Shown here one piece after another: positions 1 to 12,906 of a stretch of DNA of 64,000 bases. The notes under the pieces are model-generated. The model searched no databases, had not been told where the DNA came from, and saw only the letters and a program-made list of their open reading frames with translations. Numbering within the stretch: position 1 is the stretch's first letter; every line of letters starts with the position of its first letter. A program made the position numbers and the translations under genes. The stretch spans positions 43,958,001 through 44,022,000 of the forward strand of contig OX597823.1 of assembly GCA_951406725.2 (NCBI GenBank). Direction: 5' to 3'. Source of the stretch: Octopus vulgaris. Its lineage: Eukaryota.

Positions 1-45
1 CTCCCCCAAAATTTCGGGCTTTGTGCCTACAGTAGAAAATAAATA

Positions 46-426
46 GTGGAGGCGCAATGGCCCAGTGGTTAGGGCAGCGGACTCGCGGTCGTAGGATCGC
101 GGTTTCGATTCCCAGACCGGACGTTGTGAATGTTTATTGAGCGAAAACACCTAAAGCTCCACGAGGCTCCGGCAGGGATGGTGGTGATCCCTGCTGTACT
201 CTTTCACCACAACTTTCTCTCACTCTTACTTCCTGTTTCTGTTGTACCTGTATTTCAAAGGGCCGGCCTTGTCACTCTCTGTGTCACGCTGAATATCCCC
301 GAGAACTGCGTTAAGGGTACACGTGTCTGGAGTGCTCAGCCACTTACACGTTAATTTCACGAGCAGGCTGTTCCGTTGATCGGATCAACCGGAACCCTCG
401 TCGTCGTAACCGACGGAGTGCTTCCA
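46..426 (+). mobile_element. tRNA-derived SINE family A, copy 1 (3' module type 1)
   Basis: Head GGAGGCGCAATGGCCCAGTGGTTAGGGCAGCGGACTCGCGG...GGTTTCGATTCCC has pol III A-box and B-box-like motifs; near-identical heads at 8701 and 34133. Sits between family C fragments (1-40, 434-520). Confidence 0.85.
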
Positions 427-1059
427 TCCAGAAAAGAATTGTTAGCACGCCAAACAAAATCCTTAGCAGCATCTCTTCCGTCTTTACGTTCGAATTCTAC
501 CGATGTTGTCTTTGTTTTAATGAAGCAATTACCAGTCGAACATTATTTTATCTTTTAGGGATGTTATATGAATTAAATATATTTATGTTTATTTTTCTTA
601 GTTTATAAATAGTTTGTGTTTAAATATGTTCGCGATATTGAAAGAAAAGATTTTGTTTATTGTTCGCTCTCTTCATCTCTCGCTTTCTTCCTTGCATTCT
701 TTCGTTCCCTTATACTCTCTCACTATCTAGCTTTCCTTCTGTATCTCTCGCTTTTTCTTTTCCACTCGCACTTTCTATCTTTTCCTTTCTCTTCCTTTCT
801 TCTCTCCTTTTCTTTCTCTCTCTCTTTTTCTCTTTTTCTCTTTCTTTCTCACCGCTGAAGTTAATTCTTCTGTTTGCCTTTATTTGTTTCATAGGTTTTT
901 TGTTTTGCTTATATATTATTTTCCTTATTCTTTTACATTGTTGTTTGTTTTATTTGTTTTAATGTTGGCAACTTTTAAGAGAAATGATCAAGAAATTATG
1001 TTGAGTCTGGTGATGAAAAATTGCAATTTTCTAATAAACTCCTCTTGCACTGAACCAAA

Positions 1060-2900
1060 AATGGATTCAAAAAATATTCGTTTGTACAACAGCAGGTATT
1101 TGTGAGTGAACTCAACACATTGCTTTATTTAATTACATAAATTGTAGAACGTTTTCTTTTTTTGTTTTTGTTTATATTATGACGCAAAACATGGACGGCT
1201 TTACTAAATACAAAAAACAATTCACTCTAGAATGTTTTTGAAAACTTGCTGATTCAAGTTGCCCTGTCTCTTGTGTCTTGTCTGCAACAGACAAACTTAA
1301 GACACTTTGCGACAAATGACTACCATATGAACAATAGAAGAGCTGATTATTTTGATTAACATCTGATAGTTCAAAATAAACAGTGTACAGTTTTTATAAG
1401 TAAAACCGTTGTCAATGAAAAATATCAAGAGAATAGGAGAAATTATTGCACAGAAAAGCAATTGTCACAAAGTTGGTGAGATTATAATAATAGTTCATAA
1501 TTTAGGAAAAAGGACAGCAATATTTAATGGAAAAAAGTAAGTTGATTATATCGACCCCAGTACTTGACTGGTACCCCAAATGATGAATTTTGGTATCCCA
1601 AAATGATGAAGGCCCAAATAGACCTTAACGATATTTGAACCCAGAACATAAACATAAAGGAATACTTCAAGGTATATTTTTCGATGTCCTCTCGATTTTG
1701 CCAAGTGATCGTATAACATCACAGTGCGTGAATTGTCGGGAGAAAGTGTAGTTAGATTGAAAATTTTCCACACTCAATCAGTCAGTAAGTTTATGTATCC
1801 ATGATATGTGATATAACACTGAAGAGATTTTGCATGAGAACCCGAAAAATATAAGTTTATTTTTCTATCCAATTGATGATTTAACAGATCTTGCAAATAA
1901 AATTTATAACTTTTGTAAATTTGTCGGTGAGTGTGAAACTTCAATAAAACTATCTTTCTTGCAAAGAATATAAGTATTTAGTAGTTTGTCTCCATATCTG
2001 GAAAGAAAAGGATCCTTTCAGCAAGAACTGAGTTGGGCTCTGTACTAATGGTGTCCCAACAACATTTGGTCCCATAAGAGTTTTGTTTCTCTTGTAAACC
2101 GAAAAATGTTGCTATTGCCACAACACACTGCTTTCTACACTGGGAACTGCTGGTTTCAAAATATTTTGACCATAAGTTGAAAAATGTCTTTTACTGATGC
2201 TTCAAACATCGCTAACTTTATTAAACAAAGACCAGTTCATTCCAGATAAGTGGTGTGAATCCCTAGGCAAAAAATAGTATTTTACTAAATGCAGAAATCC
2301 AATTACTGAGTAACTGGCGATTTCTAACTGAAGTGTCTGAGCTGGAAAATAGGTTAATTTAGAGGAACCAATAACCTACAGCTTATCGAGCACCCTGAAG
2401 ATTTAAAATGATAGCAGAAGATAGTACTTAGTAGATATTTTTCATCGCATGAAGCAGTTGAACAGGTTATACTAATGATTCTGTAGAAAATGCAATGATT
2501 TCAAGTGGCAAGATTCTTGAATTTAACAGAAGATTGAATCAATGGGGAGAAACGATCACACTGCAAATGGAAATCATGACATCGTATATCAACTATTTTG
2601 GGGGTTTAATAGTGAAAAGATATATCAGTAAATTTCAAGTCTTATTGAAACATATTGAACTATTTATTGATCAAAATCGAACATTGTCTCGCCTCCTTTT
2701 CGGCATAATTGTATGATTAAGTTAGAAAGCTATACCCTGGATCTTTAGCTATCATGAGAACTTGACTTTAAGAGACGAGGAAGAAATTTTTAGGATGCAT
2801 CCCGATTGTACACTCAGCATGAGATTAACTCGACCTTTCCTTGGAGAAATTTTTAATTCCTGTAAAAAAAGAGAATCCTACAATTCGAATACCTGTGCGT
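1060..2900 (+). pseudogene. Decayed hAT (Buster/SPIN/ZBED-like) transposase
   Basis: Frame-broken motifs in the expected order: FSIQL-D-TDLAN (~1861), VGLCTNGVP (~2032, cf. GxCTDGAP), THCFLHWE (~2122, cf. HCxxHRE), IANFIKQRP (~2208), YL-DIF (~2424). Many stops and frameshifts. Confidence 0.7.
1548..1710 (-). mobile_element. Decayed SINE family C inserted in the hAT remnant
   Basis: TATATCGACCCCAGTACTTGACTGGTAC...ATTTGAACCCAGAAC matches the reverse complement of family C copies. Confidence 0.6.
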
Positions 2901-2990
2901 ATACAATCAGGTACGTATATATATATATACATACGTACATGCATGCATACATATATGTATGTGTGTGTACATATATACATATATATATAT

Positions 2991-3194
2991 ATTTCTTTAC
3001 TACCCACAAGGGGCTGAACACAGAGGGGACAAACAAGGACAGACAAAAGGATTAAGTCGATTACATCGACCCCAGTGCGTAACTGGTACTTAATTTATCG
3101 ACCCCGATAAATTTGAACTCGGAACGTAACGACTGACGAAATACGGCTACGCATTTCACCCGGCGTGCTAACGTTTCTACCAGCTCGCCACCTT
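2991..3194 (-). mobile_element. tRNA-derived SINE family C
   Basis: Reverse complement of AAGGTGGCGAGCTGGTAGAAACGTTAGCACG...GAGTTCAAATT...GGGTAGTAAAGAAAT; matches 13610 and 49288. Confidence 0.85.
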
Positions 3195-3197
3195 ATT

Positions 3198-3481
<284 letters not shown>

Positions 3482-4081
3482 AATATTGCTTACCATTCAT
3501 ATGTTCGCAAGCTTTTTCCCTCTTTAACAAGTATCAAGAACAAAGACAGAAGTCGTCTAATTTCAGATGAAGATGAAATCCGCGTCTGTTTATCTCTAGT
3601 TCGATACGAAATTAAGTATTTACATAGAAAAAAAAGTAAATACAGATTTTTTTTTCTACGTCAGAAAAGCAAATTTCATTATCTAAATTGGCTTCAAACA
3701 TAACCTTGACCCCTATGACATATTGCTTTGAATTATCTTATGCCATTTCAACATTATCAATAAAAGATTAATTTATTGTAGTAGTTATTATTGGCTTACA
3801 TTCTATTTATATGTATATATGTTATATAGGTTGTTGGTTATTTAGTCACAAAATGTGTTTTATGAATTCAGATATATTTGCTTTTTTTTTGCTTTTTTGT
3901 GCCAATAAAAACCTCCTAATGATGTTTTTTGAATAAACAGTGTAATTTCTGTTATTGTTTTATTTAAAGCAGTTATCAGAATCATAAGAATTAAGAAACT
4001 TAGAGAGAATGTGACATAATTCATTTTCAGACTTTCTGAGTATAGTACAAAAGAATTATTATTATCATTATTATTATTACT

Positions 4082-4313
4082 AAGGTGGTGAGCTGGCAGA
4101 ATCATTAGCACGCCAGGGGAGATGCTTAGCGGCATTTCGTCTGTCGCTACGTTCTGAGTTCAAATTCCACCGAAGTTGACTTTGCCTTTCATCCTTTTAA
4201 GGTTGATAAATTAAGTAACAGTAAAACACTAGGGTCGATGTAATCGACTTATCTCCTCCCCAAAATGGCTGCCAGCTCCCCAAATTTCAGGCCTTGTACC
4301 TATAGTTGGCAGG

Positions 4314-4366
<53 letters not shown>

Positions 4367-4579
4367 GGTGGTGACCTTGCAGAATCGTTAGCACGCCTGG
4401 TGTAATGCTTAGCGGTATTTCATCTATCGTTACGTACTGAGTTCAAATTCCGCCGAGGTCGACTTTGCCTTCGACCTAAGTCGCCAAGGTCGACTTAAGT
4501 ACCAGTGAATCACTAGGGTTGATGTAATCGATTATCCCACTCCCCTAAATTTATTAGAAAGGATTATTATTATTATTAT

Positions 4580-4638
<59 letters not shown>

Positions 4639-4750
4639 AGTCGGCGAGCGGGCAGAATCGTTAACAAAATGCTAAGCGGCAAAATGCTAAGCGGCATTCC
4701 GCGTTTGAGTTCTACTTTCAAATTTTGCCGTGGTCGACTTCATCTTTTAT
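4082..4750 (+). mobile_element. Three head-to-tail SINE C copies separated by (ATT)n/(AGT)n
   Basis: Related heads (AAGGTGGTGAGCTGGCAGAATC and variants) at ~4082, ~4365 and ~4638; the first two end in AGGATTATT tails. Confidence 0.85.
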
Positions 4751-4794
4751 ACTTTCAAAGTTTTAAACCATTATTATTTTTTTTTTTTTTTTTT

Positions 4795-4800
4795 ATTGTT

Positions 4801-4843
<43 letters not shown>

Positions 4844-6170
4844 GGTTTGGTTTGGTTTGTTTTGGTTTAGTTGGTTTGGTTTGGTTTGGCTTGGCTTGGC
4901 TTGGCTTGGCTTGGCTTGGTTTGGTTTGGTTTGGCTTGGCTTGGCTTGGCTTGGCTTGGCTTCGTTTCGTTTCGTTTCGTTTGGTTTGGTTTAGTTTGGT
5001 TTGGTTTGGTTTGGTTTGGTTTGGTTTGGTTTGGTTTGGTTTGGTTTGGTTTGGTTTTGTTTGGTTTGGTTTTGCTTGGCTTGGCTTGGCTTGGCTTGGT
5101 TTGGTTTGGTTTGGCTTGGCTTGGTTGGCTTGGCTTGGCTTCGTTTCGTTTCGTTTCTTGTTTCGTTTCGTTTCGTTTCGTTTCGTTTCGTTCCTTTCGT
5201 TTGGTTTGGTTTGGTTTGGTTTGGTTTGGTTTGGTTTGGTTTGGTTTGGTTTGGTTTGGTTTGGTTTGGTTTGGTTTGGTTTGGTTTGGTTTGGTTTGGT
5301 TTGGTTTGGTTTGGTTTGGTTTGGTTTGGTTTGGTTTGGTTTGGTTTGGTTTGGTTTGGTTTGGTTGGTTTGGTTTGGTTTGGTTTGGTTTGGTTGGTTG
5401 GTTTGTTTGTTTGGTTTGGTTTGGTTTGGTTTGGTTTGGTTTGGTTTGGTTTGGTTTGGTTTGGTTTGGTTTGGTTTGGTTTGGTTTGGTTTGGTTTGGT
5501 TTGGTTTGGTTTGGTTTGGTTTGGTTTGGTTTGGTTTGGTTTGGTTTGGTTTGGTTGGTTGGTTGGTTTGGTTTGGTTTGGTTTGGTTTGGTTTGGTTTG
5601 GTTTGGTTTGGTTTGGTTTGGTTTGGTTTGGTTTGGTTTGGTTTGGTTTGGTTTGGTTTGGTTTGGTTTGGTTTGGTTTGGTTTGGTTTGGTTTGGTTTG
5701 GTTTGGTTTGGTTTGGTTTGGTTTGGTTTGGTTTGGTTTGGTTTGGTTTGGTTTGGTTTGGTTTGGTTTGGTTTGGTTTGGTTTGGTTTGGTTTGGTTTG
5801 GTTTGGTTTGGTTTGGTTTGGTTTGGTTTGGTTTGGTTTGGTTTGGTTTGGTTTGGTTTGGTTTGGTTTGGTTTGGTTTGGTTTGGTTTGGTTTGGTTTG
5901 GTTTGGTTTGGTTTGGTTTGGTTTGGTTTGGTTTGGTTTGGTTTGGTTTGGTTTGGTTTGGTTTGGTTTGGTTTGGTTTGGTTTGGTTTGGTTTGGTTTG
6001 GTTTGGTTTGGTTTGGTTTGGTTTGGTTTGGTTTGGTTTGGTTTGGTTTGGTTTGGTTTGGTTTGGTTTGGTTTGGTTTGGTTTGGTTTGGTTTGGTTTG
6101 GTTTGGTTTGGTTTGGTTTGGTTTGGTTTGGTTTGGTTTGGTTTGGTTTGGTTTGGTTTGGTTTGGTTTG
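4795..6170. repeat. (GTT)n grading into a ~1.3-kb (TTTGG)n pentamer array with TTGGC and TTTCG variants
   Basis: Directly visible; source of the spurious (VWFGL)n ORFs in all three + frames. Confidence 0.95.
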
Positions 6171-6369
6171 ACTTAGGTTCGGGCTTATTTCTGGTAGGAT
6201 TTATGTGGGTTGCGGCTTACTACCTGTAACCTTAGGTATCCACAGTCTTTCAAGAACCCTCCTGATAATCCTTGCTGTTGTAGGATCTATACAGGGCATT
6301 CTATTCTAATCACCTTCAGTCATTTGTTGTATCTTTGTTTACTGTTCCAAACGCACCAATTATTATATA

Positions 6370-6597
6370 TATCTTTACTGCCCACAAGGGGCTAAACATA
6401 GAGGGGACAAACAAGGACAGACAAAGGGAGTAAGTCAATTACATTGACCCCAGTGCGAAACTGGTACTTTATTTATCGACCCCGAAAGGATGAAAGGTAA
6501 AGTCGACCTCGGCGGAATTTGAACTCAGAACATAACGACAGACGAAATACCGCTAAGCACTTCGCCCGGCGCGCTAACGTTTCTGCCAGCTCGCCAG
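6370..6597 (-). mobile_element. tRNA-derived SINE family C, full length
   Basis: Reverse complement matches the 13610-13847 unit end to end. Confidence 0.85.
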
Positions 6598-6669
6598 TCA
6601 CGATCTTAACAGTTCTCATACTCCAAATTCTTCCTATTTCAAATTTTAAGCGATTGTATTTTCCTTGTT

Positions 6670-6760
6670 GTTATCAATACCTATGACGTACCAGTTTAAA
6701 CAATATTTTGCACTTCTTGCATGGATGGTAAGCACATTCCTAAGATATTTGCTCGGTAGG
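6670..6760 (-). mobile_element. Short R4/Dong-like LINE 3' fragment
   Basis: CGTACCAGTTTAAACAATATTTTGCACTTCTTGCATGGATGGTAAG aligns with 17682-17728 of the RLE-type fragment. Confidence 0.55.
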
Positions 6761-6779
6761 ATTAAACTCGGTGTTTAAT

Positions 6780-7115
6780 AGTAATGAAGTGAACTTCCCC
6801 ACACAACCATGCCTGCACCGAGAAAACGTTCTTCTGTTTTCAGTATTTGTTTGTTATCACTATAGTTTGTACAGTTTATTTCATTGCAATAAGTGTACAA
6901 AGAACTGAATAAAGTTTGTAGCAGTTTTACCTCGTGTTTTATTGTATGTACATATTGTATGGTAGTTTTGTCTGTGAAGATGTTTATGAAAACTTTGAGC
7001 ATTTGACAGAGTATGCTAATGGAAGTTAAATTTCTATTTGGTAGAGTACAATTTATGTGATATTGTCTCTTTTCTGACACCGTTGTCCATTTGAACGCAT
7101 TTAGTTTAATGTAAA
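6780..7115 (-). pseudogene. Possible Penelope-like RT remnant
   Basis: ORF 6775-7227 segment FKWTT...HINCTLPNRNLTS resembles the FIWT...HINSLHPNIKFT region of PLE RTs; weak. Confidence 0.3.
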
Positions 7116-7127
7116 CGTTGTGTTCAT

Positions 7128-7168
<41 letters not shown>

Positions 7169-8144
7169 CATACATACATACATACATACATACATACATA
7201 CATACATACACACATACATACATACACATAGACATATTACACGTTTCAACACGAAATCGTAAATATGTGTGTGGCGGGGAGCATGTGCGTGTGTGTGTTT
7301 GTCTGTATGTGTATATGTGTATGTATGTATATATCTGATAAGAATTGTGTGTTGAAACGTATATATTTTAAGGGACTATTTGTGTTAATGTTATCGTATT
7401 AAACGCGATCTAAGCTTACTGTACGTCCTAATACAGCTTGCGATTGTTGCATTTTTATGAATTCCATGGATAAGGTCGATCCTAGAGATTGTTGCTGCTG
7501 CTTTTGATAATGCCCAGATCGTATCCATTTAAAAACACAATCAAATTTATCTTTGGCATTTTATACTTTATTATTTGAAAGCCGATCACAATTCTCCCTT
7601 AAAGTGAACAACTGTTCGAGAGACTTTTCAACGCCAAGAGACATCAATGGAAAGACCCAAGGAGATGTGCTTTTATTCACATATTATGTGCTATTCAGAC
7701 TTGCATCTTTACTGCTATTTGGTCGCATATTGGTTGCATAATTTATCGAAACAGTTCAAAAGAGCAGAAAACGCATTTCTAGTTTTATTCTACTCGTGTA
7801 TAAATTGCATAATTTGATACCCATTCATACTCAGACACATCGACACACAGACACTCGCACGAGAAGAGGCATACACACAAATATACGCATACACACACAG
7901 ACACACACACACACCTATGCAACTTCTCTTTCTATTTCTCTCTTTCTCTTTCTCCTTCTCTCCCTCTCTCCCTTTCTCCCATCTCTACCCTCTCTACACC
8001 TCTTTCCCCTCCACCGCTCTTTCTCGCTCTCGCTCTTCTGAGTAAATTGCATAATTTGAAACTCATTAATACTCACACACATGTGCATATCTCTGTTTTT
8101 TAATCCATCTCTACTTCTCCCTCTCTCCCCCCTCTCTCTGTGTG

Positions 8145-8194
<50 letters not shown>

Positions 8195-8211
8195 ACGGGG
8201 GGTAGGTAGGT

Positions 8212-8249
<38 letters not shown>

Positions 8250-8278
8250 TTAAATCTATAAAGGTATGAATATATATG

Positions 8279-8311
<33 letters not shown>

Positions 8312-8327
8312 GCATTTATATATACAC

Positions 8328-8394
<67 letters not shown>

Positions 8395-8700
8395 TGTGTG
8401 TGTGTGTGTATGTATGTGTGTACGTTATATACAGGGGTACCAAAAGTCATGCCTTTTTGAATTTAGTATTTATGATTTAAAATCACATAAAATGCACGAA
8501 ATTGTAATTAAAAATAATAAACACCATATTTCAGGCACCATTGAATGTTTGAATTACTTGTAATTAGCAATTAGAATGTTGGACGTAATTTAAAATAATA
8601 AATATGATATTCAATGAGGCATGATGATGGTGTGCGAGTGTGAGTGTGCAATATATATATATGTATATATATATGTGTGTATATATATGTGTGTGTATGT

Positions 8701-9012
8701 GTGGAGGCGCAATGGCCCAGTGGTTAGGGCAGCGGACTCGCGGTCGTAGGATCGCAGTCTCGATACCCAGACCGGGTGTTGTGACTGTTTATTGAGCGAA
8801 AACACCTAAAAGCTCCACGAATCTCCGGCAGAGGATGGTGGCGATTCCTTCTGTACTCTTTCTCTCACAACTTCCTCTCACTCTTTCTTCTGTTGGCCTG
8901 CTCTCTTAGCCAGCGGGGTGGCATCATTGGAAGGCTAAAATAATGCGAAGCGCATTGTGACCAGCGATGTGTAGCAACATCTGATAGCCAGGTCGGTCAC
9001 CTGATCACGTGA
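8701..9012 (+). mobile_element. SINE family A, copy 2 (3' module type 2)
   Basis: Same head and first ~180 nt as 46-426, then an unrelated 3' part (TTGGCCTGCTCTCTTAGCCAGCGGGGTGG...CACGTGATA). Confidence 0.85.
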
Positions 9013-9013
9013 T

Positions 9014-9048
<35 letters not shown>

Positions 9049-9062
9049 AACACTCATAAATA

Positions 9063-9400
9063 TGGGTTTTTTTCAGTCATTTGACTGCGGCCATGCTGGA
9101 GCACCGCCTCTTAGTCTAACAGATCAACCCTATGACTTATTCTTTGTATGCTTAGTACTTATCCTATCGATCATTTTTGCCGAAACGCTAAATTACGTGA
9201 ACCTAGACACGCCACCATCGCTTGTCAAGCACACACACACACATACACACATTTCTTTCAGTTTCCGTCTACTAAATCCACTTTGGTCGGCCCGAGGCTA
9301 TAGTAGAATACACTTGCCCAAGGTGCCGCGCAGTGGGACTGAACCCGGAACAATGTGATTGGTAAGCAAGCTACTTACCACACAGCCATTCCTGCGCCTA
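9063..9400 (-). mobile_element. SINE family B (CORE-like) with internal microsatellite
   Basis: Reverse complement begins GGCGCAGGAATGGCTGTGTGGTAAG and contains ACCTTGGGCAAGTG (CORE-domain-like); matches 25556-25970. Confidence 0.85.
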
Positions 9401-9700
9401 ATTTAATTATATAATCTGTACATCAAATTCAACAGATCCGAAATGGATAAAAGGCAAAGTACACCTCGGCGAAATTTGAACTCAAAACGTAAAGACAAAC
9501 GAAATACCGCTAACGCTTCTGCCATATACACACACATACATACATACATACATACATACATACATACATACATACATACATACATACATACATACATACA
9601 TACATACATACATACATACATACACACACACTCATACATACATACATACATACATACATACATACATACATACATACATACATACATACATACATACATA

Positions 9701-9908
9701 CGTGACCGCGTATGTATCGTTGGTGATTTTTTCCCTCCGTCTTCCCTTCCTTGGATATTTCCTTTTCTTATGTTTCTGACGAAGAGCTCCGCTCGAAACG
9801 TTAAATCCTCCTTCTTTCTTTCCTTTCCTGAGCGTCCAATAACACTATATTTGTTTCACGTCCTCGCGTTGTGTTTCCTCTTTGTGTTTTCATGTTTGGA
9901 TTAACTTT
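9701..9908 (+). mobile_element. ~200-bp non-coding element with minimal hammerhead (Penelope pLTR/retrozyme-like), copy 1
   Basis: Homologous to 32188-32400; flanked by (TACA)n on both sides. Confidence 0.7.
9772..9806 (+). ncRNA. Minimal type I hammerhead ribozyme
   Basis: GTTT-CTGACGA-A-GAGC(TCC)GCTC-GAAACGTT-AAAT: intact CUGANGA and GAAA boxes, 4-bp stem II, loopless palindromic stem III (ACGU), GUU site, stem I GTTT/AAAT. Confidence 0.7.
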
Positions 9909-10024
9909 ACATATGTACATACATACATACAAACAAACATACATACATACATACATACTTACATCCATCCATCCATCCATCCATCCATCCATCCATACAT
10001 ACATACATACATACATACATACAT

Positions 10025-10071
<47 letters not shown>

Positions 10072-10093
10072 TACATACATTGTAATATATAAT

Positions 10094-10248
10094 TCCGTGT
10101 AAATATTCATACATAAACACAATATATACACTATAGAAACATTCATGTCCACTCACAAACCCATGAGTTTGTGAGTGGATATGTGTGATATTCACGTGTA
10201 TACCAATATAATGTGTATGTTTTGTAAATGTATAGATATTGACGTGGA
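10094..10248. repeat. Degenerate foldback palindrome
   Basis: Core CATGTCCACTCACAAAC-ccatga-GTTTGTGAGTGGATATG (10144-10183); weaker outer arms such as TATACAC/GTGTATA. Confidence 0.7.
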
Positions 10249-12022
10249 TGCGCAGCTTTTCTTATAGAGTACATAGTTTTAATTTTTGTTGTATACTAAC
10301 ATGTATGCATACATATATATATATACAAATATATACATATATACATGCATGCATCACAGTCAGCAACAGATTTAGAGGACCGTTTAGATCTATTTTCTAG
10401 CGGCTTCCTCTTCAACTATTCCGACCCAATTCAACCTAGATCAGTGACTGGTTGCTCTGCTTTTCTGTTGTATAAGAGAAGAGCCATCTTTCACCCAAAA
10501 AACTCAGCATCATTCATCCCGGATTACAAGACATACTTTCACCAAGTGGAAATTCACTTTTACAATTACGGCTGACATCAATAACAACTCCAATATCGAT
10601 ACCAATAACGCTAACAATACTACAAAATATGTGAGCTATTTCAGACGGCGTAAGTATTCTTCTCACTTCACTTAGTCTTTCCAATTAAATCAAGATCTAC
10701 TCCGATGCTTTCAAAAAGAACATGAAAATACTTCTATCGATTATATAAAGCGATTTAAAAAATTACTAGAACGAAACTTACTCAAACTTAAACTACTTCA
10801 TGGCTTAAGAACTTTGACAACAGGCATCTTTCTTTGGCCAAAAAATAGCTATCACAGATAGCAATGTTATTCCTATGCTTGTGATGTTAGTCGATTTTCT
10901 AAAGACATCAAAGGCCAGCCAAAATCTATCATAAAGGAGATCGATAAAAATGTAAACAAACCGCTATTATTATCACCTTCGCTCAATTCTCATATATCTT
11001 CCTACGAAACATGTCCGATGAAGATGACTGCGGAATATACCCAGATAGAAAACCGCAGTTTGAAAATAATTTTTCTAATTTTTCTAAGTTATCATTAAAT
11101 ACCGCAACTCTTGATGAGAATACGGAAGAAAAAATGCATTGACAGTATCGCTGGAGACTATATGAACATGTGAGATAGCCGGTATTGGATGATCAGTACC
11201 TGTCCGTACACAGCTGCCATTTCTTTGAAAGAACGCCTAAGAGTTACCTGCAGTGCACCTGGTAAAAAAAATGTCTCAATGTAGGCAATCCTGGTGTGTA
11301 ATGAAACTACATGCAGGTATTAACAGCATGCTCCGCAGAATCGAATGTTTTAGTATCATCATGATGTGTGAAGTAAATAAGTTCATAATATACCAACTAC
11401 ATATGATTTTTTTTCGTCCGGCGTGCTAATGTTTCTCCCAGTCTGCTGATTTCTTATGATAATATTCTTATGACTATATTAATGAAACAAATCGAAAATT
11501 TTATAGATTCCTGGGGGGAAATTAATAACTTTACAACCCGCAATCTAGACATTAAATGAAGAATTTCCTTATCGTGAAAAAAAATTAACAAGCTTAGTAT
11601 TAACTACAATTTTCTTCTGATCTGCAAACTGTATATCAGAATTTGAAATAAAAAAAAAACAATATTTTATTTACTTGAAATCCTTCACAAGAAGATTTTA
11701 AATCATTTTGGTTCAAGATCTAGAATAAAAAGAAGGATTTCAAACAGAATCAATGATGGCTCGATAGAATCAAGAAAAAATGCTGTACCTAAAAGTGTAA
11801 TCGACTTCCAGCAACGCTGTCGGAAAGCGGCATAATGGTATGAATGGGTTGGAGCAACGTGAAAGGAAGTGACTAACTCAAGGTCGCAACACGTCACTGG
11901 TTCAAGTATCGAGTCTACAAACTAACAACCATCAGTCCAGCATTCCAAAACCATAGCGCCTTCAGTATGTAAGTGTTATAGCTAGCTAATTTGGTGTATC
12001 AGTCTGGCTTTATAGAGAGAAT

Positions 12023-12079
<57 letters not shown>

Positions 12080-12080
12080 T

Positions 12081-12127
<47 letters not shown>

Positions 12128-12375
12128 ACACACACATTTACAGAGTGCGATGGGAAAATTGTCGCCATTTCATATTTTAATTTCGCGCATGCGCATTATA
12201 TGTATATATGTATGTATATAAATATATATATGTGTGTGTGTGTGTGTTTGCAAATGTATGTGTGCATGCATCAGTGGCATTTTTTAGAACGTCAGCATTT
12301 TGTACCAGTATTCAATTTGTTGTCATCATAGTCAACGCTATCATCATCACCATTACCAACAGAAAAAACAGCAAC

Positions 12376-12449
<74 letters not shown>

Positions 12450-12906
12450 GAGGAGGAGGAGGAGGAGGAGGAGGAGGAGCGGGGAAAGGGGAAGTGATGA
12501 AAAGAAGAAGAGATGAAAATAGAATTAAGGAAGAAAGAATAGAAAGGAGAAAAGAAACCAAGGAGAGACGAAAAATAAATAAGAAAGAAAGAAAGAAAGA
12601 AAGAAAGGAATGGATAAGGAAAGAAACAAAGGAAAAGAAAGAAAGAAAGAAAGAAAGGAATGGATAAGGAAATGAAACAAAGGAAGAGAAGGAAGGAAAG
12701 AAAGGCTAGCACATTGTTTAATGGTGTCCGACCAATTGTCTGTAGTGAAAGAAGCGGTGCTAATGTAATGGCTGTGGTTTTATCGGTAGGTTTTATTGTA
12801 TCTCTTCTTGGCAATGAACGTTAAAATTGGAATGGCGTTAGATCGCCAGCCTCGCCAGCTTCGCCAGACAACAGCCACACTCCAGCAGTCATGCCAAAAT
12901 ACAGTG

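Noticed and set aside
46-125. tRNA gene (also 8701, 34133, 36392-36476)
   Set aside because: A/B boxes are present, but the sequence continues into SINE bodies and I could not fold a clean cloverleaf; treated as SINE heads.
4669-6229. 391-500-aa ORFs of (VWFGL)n
   Set aside because: Open in all three frames only because TTTGG contains no stop codon; repeat artefact.
8428-8610. TA|CAGGG Tc1-like terminus (similar TA|CAGAG at ~12139)
   Set aside because: No matching second TIR or transposase sequence found in the window.
10360-11100. Possible Penelope-derived segment with a TGAAGATGACTG...AGAAAACC motif near 11020-11056
   Set aside because: No clear protein motif and the hammerhead geometry does not close.
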